Virus record (IMG/VR): IMGVR_UViG_3300032295_003626
Span: 1-29,318 of that record
Source of the DNA: a virus
Taxonomy: Duplodnaviria > Caudoviricetes
Direction: 5' to 3' (one strand)
DNA: 29,318 bases
Shown here: piece by piece, positions 1-9,479 of the stretch
Numbering within the stretch: position 1 is the first letter of the stretch
How the letters are laid out: each line of letters opens with the position of its first letter
Translations under genes and position numbers: made by a program
The notes under the pieces: model-generated
Databases searched by the model: none
What the model saw: the letters and a program-made list of their open reading frames with translations, nothing else
Told to the model about the DNA's origin: nothing

Positions 1-206
1 ACCTCGTATTCATAGCGGGTGTTGGATAATCTGGTTCCGTCATTGTCCCAGTCCCAGCGACGCAATACGGCAAACTGCCCAGGGTTGGATGGGTCGGTGC
101 TCCATATTGCTTGCGCTGCGCAATGCGGTTGGCCTTCATCCTCTGGCAGCGTGTAGTAGTCGAGGTTCTCGATTTCGTCTTGTTGTTGTTGGGTTAGTGT
201 TTTCAT
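1..206 (-). CDS. hypothetical protein, runs off window start (MKTLTQQQQDEIENLDYY...)
   Basis: ATG at 206 overlaps the TGA of 203..505; frame open to the window edge. Confidence 0.6.
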   Translation of the reverse strand, partial: MKTLTQQQQDEIENLDYYTLPEDEGQPHCAAQAIWSTDPSNPGQFAVLRRWDWDNDGTRLSNTRYEYE

Positions 207-505
207 TTGATTGGTTTTGTTGAGGGGTATGGGTGCAGCACTGGCCATGCACTTTTAGGATCGAGAGTGACTAAGAACCCTTCGACCGCCGCGATCACAT
301 TCACTCCGTCGATGTGGGCAGGGAAGCGAGTTACATCCAGCAAGTCTGGATTCATTCTTTTCCATAGATCATCCTGTGACTCGCCTCGCTTGCGGTAGAT
401 CGGATGCCATCGGTGCGAAGGCTTGTATCCCTCGGGGTTTTTTCGGTTGAGGCCCGTCAGAGGCCGTGTTCGGTAGCGGAATTTGGGGAGGTTCATTCGT
501 TTCAT
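203..505 (-). CDS. hypothetical protein
   Basis: ATGA overlaps with neighbours at both ends. Confidence 0.6.
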   Translation of the reverse strand: MKRMNLPKFRYRTRPLTGLNRKNPEGYKPSHRWHPIYRKRGESQDDLWKRMNPDLLDVTRFPAHIDGVNVIAAVEGFLVTLDPKSAWPVLHPYPSTKPIK

Positions 506-1017
506 TCTCCTAAGATTTCTCCGATGCTCATTGCTTTTGCGTATTTAGAAAAAAGCTGGCCGCTTTTGAGGGTGCGTATCTTGGTTTCCGCATCTGATTT
601 CTCGTAGCCTGGCCTGTCAGCGTGTCCGGTTTTCTGCCAGAGTTGGTAGAGTTCATCGACCCGAGATTGGATGATTTGTTCGCGGCCTCGGTTTGGGACT
701 TTTTCAAGGTAAAATCCTGTCGAGATTCCGAAGTCGGAGTCCTCTTGGGTAAAAAGGTTGGAGTTTATGTAGAATTCGCTGCCCTGCATTTTGAAGTATT
801 CCTTCATCCAGTCCAATGCTGCCTCGATGGATGTATGGTCTCCGAGGTGAAAGGCAGGTGTGCCTTTGGGGATTTTTACGAAGGCTCCGACATGGAGATG
901 CCACTCTTCGCGCGGGATTGTGTCCAAGTCTACGGCATCATCTACAGATGTGTTGTGTGCGTCACTCGCGAGTTCGTTGAGTGTGCGTGTGAATTTTTGA
1001 GATTTTGTTTCGTCCAT
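502..1017 (-). CDS. hypothetical protein
   Basis: 171-aa ORF starting directly after the helicase stop. Confidence 0.7.
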   Translation of the reverse strand: MDETKSQKFTRTLNELASDAHNTSVDDAVDLDTIPREEWHLHVGAFVKIPKGTPAFHLGDHTSIEAALDWMKEYFKMQGSEFYINSNLFTQEDSDFGISTGFYLEKVPNRGREQIIQSRVDELYQLWQKTGHADRPGYEKSDAETKIRTLKSGQLFSKYAKAMSIGEILGE

Positions 1018-1018
1018 A

Positions 1019-2983
1019 TTATTTCTTGTTCCTTTTGATTCGTTCTACGGATTCTTTGATCTGCGCGTCGGTGATCTTTATTCCCTTTTTGTTGTGCTTG
1101 CGGCAGATGTCGATTGTGAGTTGGGTTGGGCTGGGGATTGAGAGCGCGGAGAGGGCTTGCTCCACATCCTCTGGGGTTGGCGGGTCGTCTACTGCGGTGT
1201 GTTCCAAGTATTGCAAGTAGGCGTGGCGGAGTTGCCTTGCCAGTGTGACCTCCCACTGGGCCATGAGGATTTCTTCGTCCTCGGTTTTTACATCGGCCTT
1301 GAAGATGCGCATCGCCTCCTTGATGAGCCACTCCATGTCGATGTCGGCGGTTGGCTCTGTGAAGAGGCGTCCGTCGATGGCGAGGTTGGAGGCATCGCCC
1401 TTCTCGGTGAAGATTTCGTGCAGGTTCTGATCGATCGATCCTTCCATCACGATGGGGTAAATGTTCACGGGGCCGGGGCTGGTGAGCCGCCAGATGCGGT
1501 GGATGAATTGCTCGTTCTCGTCGTAGGCGTAGGAGAGGCCAGGTAGGATGAGGTGCGCGCAGTTCTCGAAGCTGTGGCCTTCGCCCATGGCTTTGAGTCC
1601 GGCGATGAGCACGGCGTGTTTGCCTTGCTTGAACTCGTCGGCGAGCAGGCCGCGTTGCTCGGGCGAGGTATCGCCATCGAGCAGCACAGAGGCTACCTCG
1701 GACTCGATGAGCTTGGCTTGCAAGGTCTGGCTGAAGTCGCGGAAGGGCGATCCTACGATGACCTGTTTCCCGCTTGCGAGGCACTCGCGTATGATCTGGA
1801 GTGTGGTGAAGAGTTTGGGCGTCCACTCTGTCCAAGATCGCTTCGCGCCCTTCACGCCTGTCTTGGCGAGCGAGAGGTTCTCAGCGTTGGGGCATAGGGC
1901 GGCGAGGCGCAGGTTGGTGATCTGCATCCCGACTTGTGTGCGGCGGTGGGCGATTTTTGCTCCAGGCTTCTTGCCTGCGAGCGGTGCGTTTTGTAGGTGG
2001 TATTGGTATACGGCAAGCTGTGCTGTGCCGGGTTTTACGAGTATTGGGGTCACGGTTTTTTGTGCGATTTCTTCGCCGCAGTCTGCTTTTCTACGGCGGA
2101 TAATAACTGGTGCAAGTGTTTTCCACAGGCGATGGATCGAGCAGATCCGAGCCGATCGCTTGGTGATAGAGCGCGAGGCGCTTTTTTTGGCCGCTTCCTC
2201 TTCTTTGGTGAGGAAGCGTTCCTTTTGGAGAAATGTGTCTGCGAATCGCTCCTTGGCGGTATCGGTGGATTCATAGGGCCAGCGGCCCGTATGTCCGGCT
2301 GCCCACGCGCAGAGCCAGAAGATGGATTCGAGTCGGTTTTTGATCGGTGTGCCTGTGAGCACAAGGCGGTAGCGCGGCTCCAGCGTCCGGACGCTGGCTC
2401 CTATGCGGCTCTCGGTGGCCTGAAGGCGTGTGCCTTCGTCCACCACTACGCAGTCGAAGCTGCCGTGGGTCTGCGCGATGCGAGCCATCGTAGGCTCCCA
2501 CACGCAGGTTATGCCGTTATGTGTGCTCCCTATGGAATCACCGGCATTGGCATCGTAGCGCACGCGGTGCAGCTTGCACCATGCCTTGCGCCGCTTCACA
2601 AGCAGCTTGTTCGGGCGTGGTTGCCCCTTGTGGCCGAAGGTTTCGCTCCACTCGTCGGCTTCATTGAGGCCGAGCGCCTGGTAGCTCGTCAGGTAGAAGC
2701 GCGGTGGCCCGTTAGCTGGAGGCGGCGAGTCGAGCTTGAGTCGGTAGAAGTCCTCCTTGTCTTTGACTTGTCGCAGGGAGATCTTGAAGAACTTCGCTGC
2801 CGAGGCCATCATTTGGTAGTGCAGCGAGCCAGGGGCTACTACGAGAGTGCGGCGAGCTTTCTTGACCAGCGGCCAAGCTATGGCTGCAAGGCTTTTGCCC
2901 ATGCCTGGCTCCCAGGCTATGATTGCGCCGTCTTGCAAGGCCGCGCGGGCGAGGTCTTCGATTTGGAATGGTTTGAGTGGCAT
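1019..2983 (-). CDS. SNF2/SF2-family helicase-ATPase
   Basis: LKPFQ Q-motif, AWEPGMGKS (I), VVVDEG (II), LTGTPIKN (III), GEGHSF (V), EQFIHRIWR (VI); start moved to MPLKPFQ at 2983. Confidence 0.9.
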   Translation of the reverse strand: MPLKPFQIEDLARAALQDGAIIAWEPGMGKSLAAIAWPLVKKARRTLVVAPGSLHYQMMASAAKFFKISLRQVKDKEDFYRLKLDSPPPANGPPRFYLTSYQALGLNEADEWSETFGHKGQPRPNKLLVKRRKAWCKLHRVRYDANAGDSIGSTHNGITCVWEPTMARIAQTHGSFDCVVVDEGTRLQATESRIGASVRTLEPRYRLVLTGTPIKNRLESIFWLCAWAAGHTGRWPYESTDTAKERFADTFLQKERFLTKEEEAAKKSASRSITKRSARICSIHRLWKTLAPVIIRRRKADCGEEIAQKTVTPILVKPGTAQLAVYQYHLQNAPLAGKKPGAKIAHRRTQVGMQITNLRLAALCPNAENLSLAKTGVKGAKRSWTEWTPKLFTTLQIIRECLASGKQVIVGSPFRDFSQTLQAKLIESEVASVLLDGDTSPEQRGLLADEFKQGKHAVLIAGLKAMGEGHSFENCAHLILPGLSYAYDENEQFIHRIWRLTSPGPVNIYPIVMEGSIDQNLHEIFTEKGDASNLAIDGRLFTEPTADIDMEWLIKEAMRIFKADVKTEDEEILMAQWEVTLARQLRHAYLQYLEHTAVDDPPTPEDVEQALSALSIPSPTQLTIDICRKHNKKGIKITDAQIKESVERIKRNKK

Positions 2984-2991
2984 TATTGGTG

Positions 2992-3291
2992 TTAGGCAGG
3001 GAATAAATGGATAGCCATGCAATCTTCTCGCGATTCAATGGCATCCGCCACAGAGGCTAAGTAATCTGATAATTCGCGTAGCATGGCTGGAGATGCCCCC
3101 CCTATTAGTGAGAGAATAGGAGTTGGCGAACCCCCGTTGCTCCACTTTAATGAGGTAAGCTCGGCTCCACTCTTGTTGAAGCTTGCCTCGCAGAAAAAGA
3201 TACATTCTTTAACAAGCCCTGAACCGCTTCGGGTGCTATAACTTGGCGCGGGGAGTGTAAATTTCCAGTTGATGTCTTCTTGTGTTTTCAT
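2992..3291 (-). CDS. hypothetical protein
   Basis: Start MKTQEDINW at 3291 follows the upstream stop at 3296. Confidence 0.55.
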   Translation of the reverse strand: MKTQEDINWKFTLPAPSYSTRSGSGLVKECIFFCEASFNKSGAELTSLKWSNGGSPTPILSLIGGASPAMLRELSDYLASVADAIESREDCMAIHLFPA

Positions 3292-3295
3292 AAGT

Positions 3296-3685
3296 TCATT
3301 CGTCAAAGTAGAATGACTGGCAGTATCGCAGCAGGGCTTGCTCCTGCTCTTCGGTGATGTCGTAGAGTGGTTCCCATGGGGTGAACCAATCTTGGTATTC
3401 CAGTCTGGCCCTGTCGGGTTCGTTGTATTGCCCGAGTTCACCATAGATCCGCACGGCTGGGCCTCCGGTGCAGAGGAGGATTGAAAATTCCTCGGGTTCC
3501 ATATCTTGTTTGGAGTTGCACCAGCCGGAGCGCACTTGAACGCTCAGGGGGTGTTCAAGGATGCGTTCCAAGGCTTCGTCTCGGGCCTCGTCATCGGTGG
3601 AGTCGAGGTCGGCCACCATCTCTACGATGGATTCCAGTTTTGATCTGGCTTGCTGTTCAGCGCGTTTGTCTTCTTGTTTTGTCAT
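3296..3685 (-). CDS. conserved phage hypothetical protein
   Basis: ILLCTGGPAVRI...YQDWFTPW, a motif I recall from phage hypothetical proteins; ATGA coupling. Confidence 0.75.
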   Translation of the reverse strand: MTKQEDKRAEQQARSKLESIVEMVADLDSTDDEARDEALERILEHPLSVQVRSGWCNSKQDMEPEEFSILLCTGGPAVRIYGELGQYNEPDRARLEYQDWFTPWEPLYDITEEQEQALLRYCQSFYFDE

Positions 3686-3921
3686 AAATCAATTTCGTCT
3701 ACGCCGAGTTCAGCGCATTTTGCCAAGGCGCGGCATTCTGAGATTTCATGAGGGCCGTCGTGCCAGAAGCTCCAGTCGTCGTTGGGGTTATTCGGTTGGT
3801 AGGCTCCTTTGCTGCCTCCATTTTTGGTTCCGTAGAAGAATAGATTTCCGCTTTGGAAGACGACGACGGTTGTGTGTGATCCTACGCTTTTTGCGAGTAT
3901 TTTGTGGGTTTTTACTTTCAT
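3682..3921 (-). CDS. hypothetical protein
   Basis: Start MKVKTHK at 3921 overlaps the upstream stop. Confidence 0.6.
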   Translation of the reverse strand: MKVKTHKILAKSVGSHTTVVVFQSGNLFFYGTKNGGSKGAYQPNNPNDDWSFWHDGPHEISECRALAKCAELGVDEIDL

Positions 3922-4130
3922 AGGTTTGTGGCCTTGGCCCATGTCCAATAAATGACTTTGCCAAGGCCGAGTGAGTCTATTTTATGGTCTTCGTCCGGCA
4001 GGTCGCGGCCATTGTCGCCTTGATCTAATTCCACTGCGACGCATTCACTGCCATACATAAATCTGCCCGAGTAAGATACCGGCGTTCTGCCGGTATATCT
4101 GATGAGTTTGATGAGTTCTTGTGTTGTCAT
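3918..4130 (-). CDS. hypothetical protein
   Basis: SYSGRFMYGSEC...DSLGLG; packed in the operon. Confidence 0.7.
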   Translation of the reverse strand: MTTQELIKLIRYTGRTPVSYSGRFMYGSECVAVELDQGDNGRDLPDEDHKIDSLGLGKVIYWTWAKATNL

Positions 4131-4133
4131 AAT

Positions 4134-4322
4134 TCAATCTCGGTATCCCCTGTCGTCTTCCGCGAAATCCGACAGGAAATCGAAGGTGTTGATTAGTCCA
4201 TCGATGGAAAGCTCATGTGCTTTCCAATCGTGTGCGTGTATGTCCAGTTGGTTGCGGGCTTGCAAAGCTCCGATCAAGTCGGCGCAGGCGCACCGGATGG
4301 CGAGTATTTGGTCTTCGTTCAT
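4134..4322 (-). CDS. hypothetical protein
   Basis: Starts 2 nt after the ParB stop. Confidence 0.65.
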   Translation of the reverse strand: MNEDQILAIRCACADLIGALQARNQLDIHAHDWKAHELSIDGLINTFDFLSDFAEDDRGYRD

Positions 4323-4324
4323 TG

Positions 4325-5881
4325 TTATTCAATGGGTTGGAGTGTGTGTGGATCGACCTTGCCCCAGGATTTGGGGGGCAGGACTTCGAGATCTGCGGCT
4401 GTTTTCTCCTCGTTGATGGGGAATCCGATGAGTGCGGAGATTTCGCGGTAGGTTGTTTCGAACTTATCGGCATCCGAGACGCGGTTTGGTTTCGGGATGA
4501 GGCCGAGCAGCACTTTCTTCACCGAGGGCCAGAGGGCTTGTTCGCGTGTGCCGTCTTCTCCGGTGAGGCAGAATGACCAGTTCTTGTATCCGTAGGTCTC
4601 TTTCTGTGAGTCGTCGCGGATCGGGAAGGCCGTGGGGTTGTGGATATAGCCCCACAGATTCTCATCTACAGGAGTGCTTTGCATGGACTCGGCCTTGAAG
4701 GGGAGGCCGAAGACGGCAATGAGGTGGTCGATGGGGGTGGTGAGCTTGTCGAGCGTGGCATCCTTGAGCGCGGTTTCGAGCTTGTCGCGGACGATGACCC
4801 AGCGTTTGCCTTGGAGCATACTGGCCTTGGCTTGCTGCTTCTCCTCGGGGCTGGCAGGAGCTTCGTCTTTGTTGCGCCCTTTCTTTTGCGATAGGAGGTA
4901 GCAAAGGGTGAATTTGCTATCTTTGAAGATGAGCACCTTCTTGGCTCCCTCTTCCGGCGACTCGGAGAAGCGTTGGTTGTAGTCCTCCCACTCGCGTTGG
5001 TAGTGAGTGCCTTGGATCGTTACGGAGTCGCGGGCTATGACTGGGATTTGCTCGCCCTCGCAGAGTCGGGTGTATTCCGCGTCGATGTGGAGTTGGCGGC
5101 GTGCCAGGAAGCACGAGGTGTTCAAGCAGCGTCCGCACTCTTCCTTCGTCGAGAAGTCGAAGAGGGACTTCTGCTTGGAGGAGTCGCAGGCGCAGCCTGG
5201 GCCGCAGCCGTCCACGAAGGTGCAGGGATCATTGAGCCACTCGGTATTCGCCAGCGAGGCGAGGTATGGCGAGAGGCGGGATTCCAAGTCCTTGCGCGAT
5301 GTCGCGTGCCGGATGCGGTTGGGGAAGTTCTCGTCTGCGTGTGGCAGGTTGGGTATCGAGGCGAGGAGTTCCATCATCTCCGCGCTGAAGTGGTGCAACT
5401 CTCCCTTTGGCCCCCATTGTTTGAGGATGCTCTCTGGCAAGGTGGCGAGTTGGTAGCGGCGGGATGTCCACTTTTCCGATTTGCCGAGCGCAGCGGCGAG
5501 GTGCTTGATGCCTTTCTCTCCGCGATCGATGAGACGCTTGAGCAAGAGTGCTTCAGCGTAGGGATCGGGGTCGAGGCGTTGCAGGTTCTCGGTGAGGATC
5601 GTTTCCTCAAAGGTATCGTTATCGTATTCGCGCACGATGGCCTTGAGCGCCTTCATTTCCGCTACCTGCGCGGCGGTGTAGCGGCGTGCGCCAGCGGCGA
5701 TTTCGTAGTGCCCTTTCTTCTCGGGGTGTGGCCGGACGAGGATCGGGGTTTTCTGTTCCGCCTTGAGGGACTTTGCGAGTTCCTTGATGGAGGGTTCCGT
5801 TGGCTTGGGTTGCCGTGTATTCTGTTCGCTGATGTGGAGTTTTGCCAGCGGGATGAGCTGGACTTGTTCTGTTGTTGTCAT
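4325..5881 (-). CDS. parB: ParB/RepB/Spo0J-family protein with long C-terminal extension
   Basis: PILVRP...YEIAAGARRY (GxRR CTPase motif), TENLQR, HTH LAAALGKSEKWTSRR, Cys cluster CGPGCAC..CGRC...C; start moved to MTTTEQ at 5881 because a terminator lies in the longer ORF. Confidence 0.88.
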   Translation of the reverse strand: MTTTEQVQLIPLAKLHISEQNTRQPKPTEPSIKELAKSLKAEQKTPILVRPHPEKKGHYEIAAGARRYTAAQVAEMKALKAIVREYDNDTFEETILTENLQRLDPDPYAEALLLKRLIDRGEKGIKHLAAALGKSEKWTSRRYQLATLPESILKQWGPKGELHHFSAEMMELLASIPNLPHADENFPNRIRHATSRKDLESRLSPYLASLANTEWLNDPCTFVDGCGPGCACDSSKQKSLFDFSTKEECGRCLNTSCFLARRQLHIDAEYTRLCEGEQIPVIARDSVTIQGTHYQREWEDYNQRFSESPEEGAKKVLIFKDSKFTLCYLLSQKKGRNKDEAPASPEEKQQAKASMLQGKRWVIVRDKLETALKDATLDKLTTPIDHLIAVFGLPFKAESMQSTPVDENLWGYIHNPTAFPIRDDSQKETYGYKNWSFCLTGEDGTREQALWPSVKKVLLGLIPKPNRVSDADKFETTYREISALIGFPINEEKTAADLEVLPPKSWGKVDPHTLQPIE

Positions 5882-5909
5882 TGGGTTTGTTTGGTTTTGG
5901 GTTGGTATG

Positions 5910-5934
5910 AAAAAGCCCGCCGTGAGGCGGGCTT
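5910..5934 (-). terminator. intrinsic terminator
   Basis: Minus strand AAGCCCGCC-TCAC-GGCGGGCTT-TTT. Confidence 0.7.
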
Positions 5935-5966
5935 CGGTGATTGGTTGTGTGGGTGGGGGGCGTTGG

Positions 5967-6212
5967 TCAGAATGGGATATCGTCACCTTCAGGGTCGTGA
6001 ATCTCGCGGGTCTGGCACTTGGGGCACTTCATGCTAAATCGAATCGGGTAAAACATTTGTTCCAATGATTTTCCGTTTACAGCGCAGAAGTCAATGTAGT
6101 GCAGGTTGGTGCGGCTGTTTTCCCATACGATCTTCATAAACCTTTTCAGGCTGATTTTGTTTTTAACAGGGATTGAGTCTTGTCTGGTTGTATACCTTAT
6201 TTTTGTGTTCAT
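5967..6212 (-). CDS. hypothetical protein with CxxC and acidic DDIPF tail
   Basis: CPKC and C-terminal EGDDIPF. Confidence 0.55.
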   Translation of the reverse strand: MNTKIRYTTRQDSIPVKNKISLKRFMKIVWENSRTNLHYIDFCAVNGKSLEQMFYPIRFSMKCPKCQTREIHDPEGDDIPF

Positions 6213-6218
6213 TTGGGT

Positions 6219-7112
6219 TCAGTAGCACCAGCCATCAGTCGAGAGTTTCATGATCTCGATCTTGGTGGATGGGATTGTGGTTGGCTTGTCTTCCTCCAAG
6301 TCATTTTCTTGGAGAAACTTTGTTACGATACCTCGTAGTTTCGTTGGGAGTTTGGTCATCTCTTCGCCCCAGCCCGATTCTATGTAGTATTCGGTCTTGC
6401 CATTTGTGATGGAGTAGTGGTCAAGGTTGTCTCTGTTCCAGTAGAAGCTCGCTTCGTCGTCGATGCCTTTGACATATTCATCAAACTCCTTCCCTGTGAA
6501 TGGAAACATCATCGGGTCGCGATCCACATAGGCTTCGCTGCCCTCCACGATGCTGCCCATCTTGATGCCAGCGCACTCGGCGAGTGTGTTTGCTTCGTCT
6601 GATTCGTAGTAAACTTCACGATAAGAGGGTTCCTCGATGCGGTGTAGGGTAATACATACCTGCTTGACGCCTCGGCCCATGCCCGGTTCAGATTGTCGCT
6701 CGGGGTGAAGTAGTAGCGTGTATGGATTTGTGCTGTCTCCGATCGTGTTGCTTACTCCATTAACTCGGTCTTTCTTGAGAAAGTTCTCGATTGTTCGGCG
6801 ATAAGCGTCGAGGGTTTTGCCGATCTTGTCCTCACGGCGGGGTGAGCCATCCGCCTGAAATCCAAGTAAGCTCAATGCTTCGGGGGCTTGTTCGTTCTCG
6901 TGGTCGAATAACGATTCTTCAACCGAAGCGTGGAGTTTCTTGTCTTTAATGCGGACAGAAATTTGAAGGGTGGTGCTACGCTCCGGCATCTCCTCGACGA
7001 GATACACGATCCATGGCCCGCATCCGGTATATTTGTAGATGCCGCGTCCTGCTTGATAGGCGGTATTTCCGCCGACATGGGACATGAAATCTTTAAGGTT
7101 TGTGATGTTCAT
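6219..7112 (-). CDS. hypothetical protein
   Basis: 297-aa ORF in operon orientation. Confidence 0.75.
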   Translation of the reverse strand: MNITNLKDFMSHVGGNTAYQAGRGIYKYTGCGPWIVYLVEEMPERSTTLQISVRIKDKKLHASVEESLFDHENEQAPEALSLLGFQADGSPRREDKIGKTLDAYRRTIENFLKKDRVNGVSNTIGDSTNPYTLLLHPERQSEPGMGRGVKQVCITLHRIEEPSYREVYYESDEANTLAECAGIKMGSIVEGSEAYVDRDPMMFPFTGKEFDEYVKGIDDEASFYWNRDNLDHYSITNGKTEYYIESGWGEEMTKLPTKLRGIVTKFLQENDLEEDKPTTIPSTKIEIMKLSTDGWCY

Positions 7113-7125
7113 TTGTTGCTACGGG

Positions 7126-7725
7126 TTAAAACTCCCAGCGGTGTTTGACCCAGTAGGGGCTTTCTTGGTTGGGAGAGCGGAGTTGGCGGGGGTAGGGAGA
7201 GTCGATACGCTTGGCGACGAGGCCCTCGAAGACCTCGGCCTTCCAGAGTTTGTTGCACTCTTGGAGCGCATCCCAGATTTCGGAGAGGTTTTCGCTATGG
7301 TCTTGTAGCACGATTAGGCTCTCATTGGGGATGCGCGCTGGTTCGGTGTAGTCGATCTCGATATTCACGCAATCAAGCGAGCGGATGCGTTTGCGGCGTT
7401 CGTCGTAGGTGGCCTTACCTGGGGCGAGGTAGTCGAGGATGACGAGGCTGCCACGCCCGAGGTCGTGGCGGCGTTCCAGCGCTTCGCAGTCGAGCCACTC
7501 CATTTCGGGTGGCAAATCGGCGGTGCGGATCGCTTCCAGCACGGCGGCAAACTCATGCTCTATCGAGAGGCGTTGGCCTCGCCGGTTCCACATCCGGCTG
7601 GTGGGAGCGTGAACGAGGGCACGCCAGCCATTGATTTTTGGTTCGTAAGTCCACAGCCCGCGTTTGGGGCGGGCGAGGGGTAGCGGGCCGCCGTTGGTGG
7701 GGCGGAGAGGGTAGGATGGGATCAT
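7126..7725 (-). CDS. ATP-dependent ligase-family nucleotidyltransferase (adenylation domain only)
   Basis: YEPKING (I), WNRRG (Ia), LDCE (III), EGLVAKRIDSPY (IV), WVKHR (V); ends right after motif V. Confidence 0.8.
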   Translation of the reverse strand: MIPSYPLRPTNGGPLPLARPKRGLWTYEPKINGWRALVHAPTSRMWNRRGQRLSIEHEFAAVLEAIRTADLPPEMEWLDCEALERRHDLGRGSLVILDYLAPGKATYDERRKRIRSLDCVNIEIDYTEPARIPNESLIVLQDHSENLSEIWDALQECNKLWKAEVFEGLVAKRIDSPYPRQLRSPNQESPYWVKHRWEF

Positions 7726-7934
7726 GGGTTGAGTGCTGCCTCCGCATTCGCTAGCCAGATAAGTCTTTCGTTGTAATGCTTTACGATGCTGCTGAGGATG
7801 GCCTCTTCGGGGTCGCCGTTTAGGAGTCCGTCGAAAAGCGTGAATTCGTCAGAGGGAGGGCCATAAAAGAGGGTTGTCCACTCCTTATCGTCGATGAGCC
7901 AAGAGTAGTCTCCGAGTTTGCCGCGCGTTTTCAT
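7722..7934 (-). CDS. hypothetical protein
   Basis: Start MKTRGK at 7934; coupled at both ends. Confidence 0.6.
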   Translation of the reverse strand: MKTRGKLGDYSWLIDDKEWTTLFYGPPSDEFTLFDGLLNGDPEEAILSSIVKHYNERLIWLANAEAALNP

Positions 7935-7935
7935 A

Positions 7936-8112
7936 TTAGTCTTCGCAGTCGGCGAGGGCGTCGAGGTAGTCTTCGTGGCAGAGTTCGCACAGGATGCCAC
8001 TTCGGGTTTGGTGCATTCGCATTCTGTCGTGCTTCATCTCTTCGGGGGTTGCGGAGTGGCCGCACTTTTCGCACTGGATGTCTTTGTCTTTGGATAGGAT
8101 TATTTTTGACAT
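7936..8112 (-). CDS. small zinc-finger protein
   Basis: CEKC...CELC; start MSKIIL at 8112. Confidence 0.6.
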   Translation of the reverse strand: MSKIILSKDKDIQCEKCGHSATPEEMKHDRMRMHQTRSGILCELCHEDYLDALADCED

Positions 8113-8306
8113 ATTGGTTGGATGTTGTGTTTCATTTCTTTGAGGAGGGCGCGTGTCTGCTGCGCCCAAAGGTAGGTGGAATCGTTCGGCCCGAATTGAT
8201 CGCGGAGCTTTTGGAGGGTGTCGCCGTCTGTGATGAGCGTATCGGCATCAATCAAGAGTTCCGTGATGGACTGGAGCGTTTCGATAGGGAGTGAGAATCG
8301 AGTCAT
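8100..8306 (-). CDS. hypothetical protein
   Basis: ATGA coupling. Confidence 0.6.
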   Translation of the reverse strand: MTRFSLPIETLQSITELLIDADTLITDGDTLQKLRDQFGPNDSTYLWAQQTRALLKEMKHNIQPICQK

Positions 8307-8485
8307 TTTAATGTCTTTCCGATGGATGGGTGGCCTTTTACTTCTGCCAGCACGATGTTCCTCACTTGGGCGTCAATGCGTTCCAGAAATTGTTTGGAGA
8401 CGCGATCAAAGCCTTGCGCGGCGCGATGTGCGCTTGCGAAGTAGAGGGCGAGTTCGCGGACGGATTTTGCGTTGATGTGTTTCAT
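8303..8485 (-). CDS. small basic hypothetical protein
   Basis: 60-aa ORF, RVSKQFLERID...HPSIGKTL. Confidence 0.65.
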   Translation of the reverse strand: MKHINAKSVRELALYFASAHRAAQGFDRVSKQFLERIDAQVRNIVLAEVKGHPSIGKTLK

Positions 8486-8552
8486 GAGTGTAACTTGTGC
8501 ATAAGTCTTGGTGAGGGTTTATGCAGGGGAGTTTCGTGAACGACTTATTATG

Positions 8553-8795
8553 TCAAAAACATTCAATGCCGATTGGGGTATCAGAGGTGAATACGGCATC
8601 GACATAAACGCCTTGCTCTTTGACTTCTTGCTTTTGCTCACGGGTCTCGCAGTAGTCGGCGATATGTTCCGCGACGAGTTTCTTCTCAAACGCCTTCACT
8701 GCCTGCTCTGCTGTGAGATTGGTGAAGACTTCGAAGACATTCTCCTGGTCGGGGATGCGTCCGACGACGACAAGGTGGCTGTGTTTGAGCTTCAC
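8553..8795 (-). CDS. hypothetical protein
   Basis: GTGA overlap with the upstream gene. Confidence 0.6.
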   Translation of the reverse strand: MKLKHSHLVVVGRIPDQENVFEVFTNLTAEQAVKAFEKKLVAEHIADYCETREQKQEVKEQGVYVDAVFTSDTPIGIECF

Positions 8796-9457
8796 TTCTC
8801 CTTCCTCCCCTTGGTCTTGACCATCGCGATGATCGGGCAGGCGGCATCGACGGCCATGTTCTCCTCGATGGTGAGGGCGGTGTGGCGGGCGGTGTGGAAG
8901 TCGGGTGTGGGTTTGATGACCGCTTTGGCGGTGAGTGCTTCGGGGCAGTTGTGGCTGGCGAAGAGGGCTTGGATTTCGTTGATGAGTTCCTCGGCGCGGT
9001 CGGCGGGGATTTTGTCGCCGTCGATCTTGAGTTCGAAGCTCTGGCGGAAGAATTGGGCGGTGAGTTCGGGGCCGAGAGCCTCGATCAACGGGTATTCATC
9101 GGTGAGGGTCGAGTAGCGGGAGGAGAAGGTGACGAGCACTTTCTCATCAGGGTTCTCACCCTTGACCTCGACGGAACTTGGGATCTCGTGCTTGCCGTGA
9201 AGGTGTTGGAAGTAAAACTCTTGCGACATGGCGCGCAGGTCTGCCTTCTTTAGTTTCAGGCTTCCTTCGACGGCTTCAAATTCGCGTGTCTCCGAGATGA
9301 TCTCGGAGGCGAGTTTGGCGACTTCGCCGGACGGGTCTGGCAGCAGAGGGTAGTCTGTGCCCTTCTTCTCGGTCTTGGTGGCGATGCCTCCAAGGTTGAT
9401 TTTCTTGATTCCCGCTGCGGGAGCGGCGGCTGGTTTGGCTTTTGTGGCTGTTGGCAT
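8792..9457 (-). CDS. hypothetical protein with coiled-coil segment
   Basis: Start MPTATKAKP at 9457 after an A/C-rich leader; strong codon bias. Confidence 0.75.
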   Translation of the reverse strand: MPTATKAKPAAAPAAGIKKINLGGIATKTEKKGTDYPLLPDPSGEVAKLASEIISETREFEAVEGSLKLKKADLRAMSQEFYFQHLHGKHEIPSSVEVKGENPDEKVLVTFSSRYSTLTDEYPLIEALGPELTAQFFRQSFELKIDGDKIPADRAEELINEIQALFASHNCPEALTAKAVIKPTPDFHTARHTALTIEENMAVDAACPIIAMVKTKGRKEK

Positions 9458-9479
9458 GGTTTGGGTTTTTGGGTTGGGG

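Noticed and set aside
942-6037. Long alternative-frame and antisense ORFs (942..1835, 1997..2995, 4973..6037; likewise 18236..19036 and 23179..23946)
   Set aside because: Shadows of GC-rich, codon-biased real genes; no recognisable motifs and fully overlapping well-supported CDSs
8490-8558. TTGACA and a TGCATAA/TTATGCA inverted repeat in a short gap
   Set aside because: No convincing -10 at 16-18 bp; too weak to call a promoter or operator
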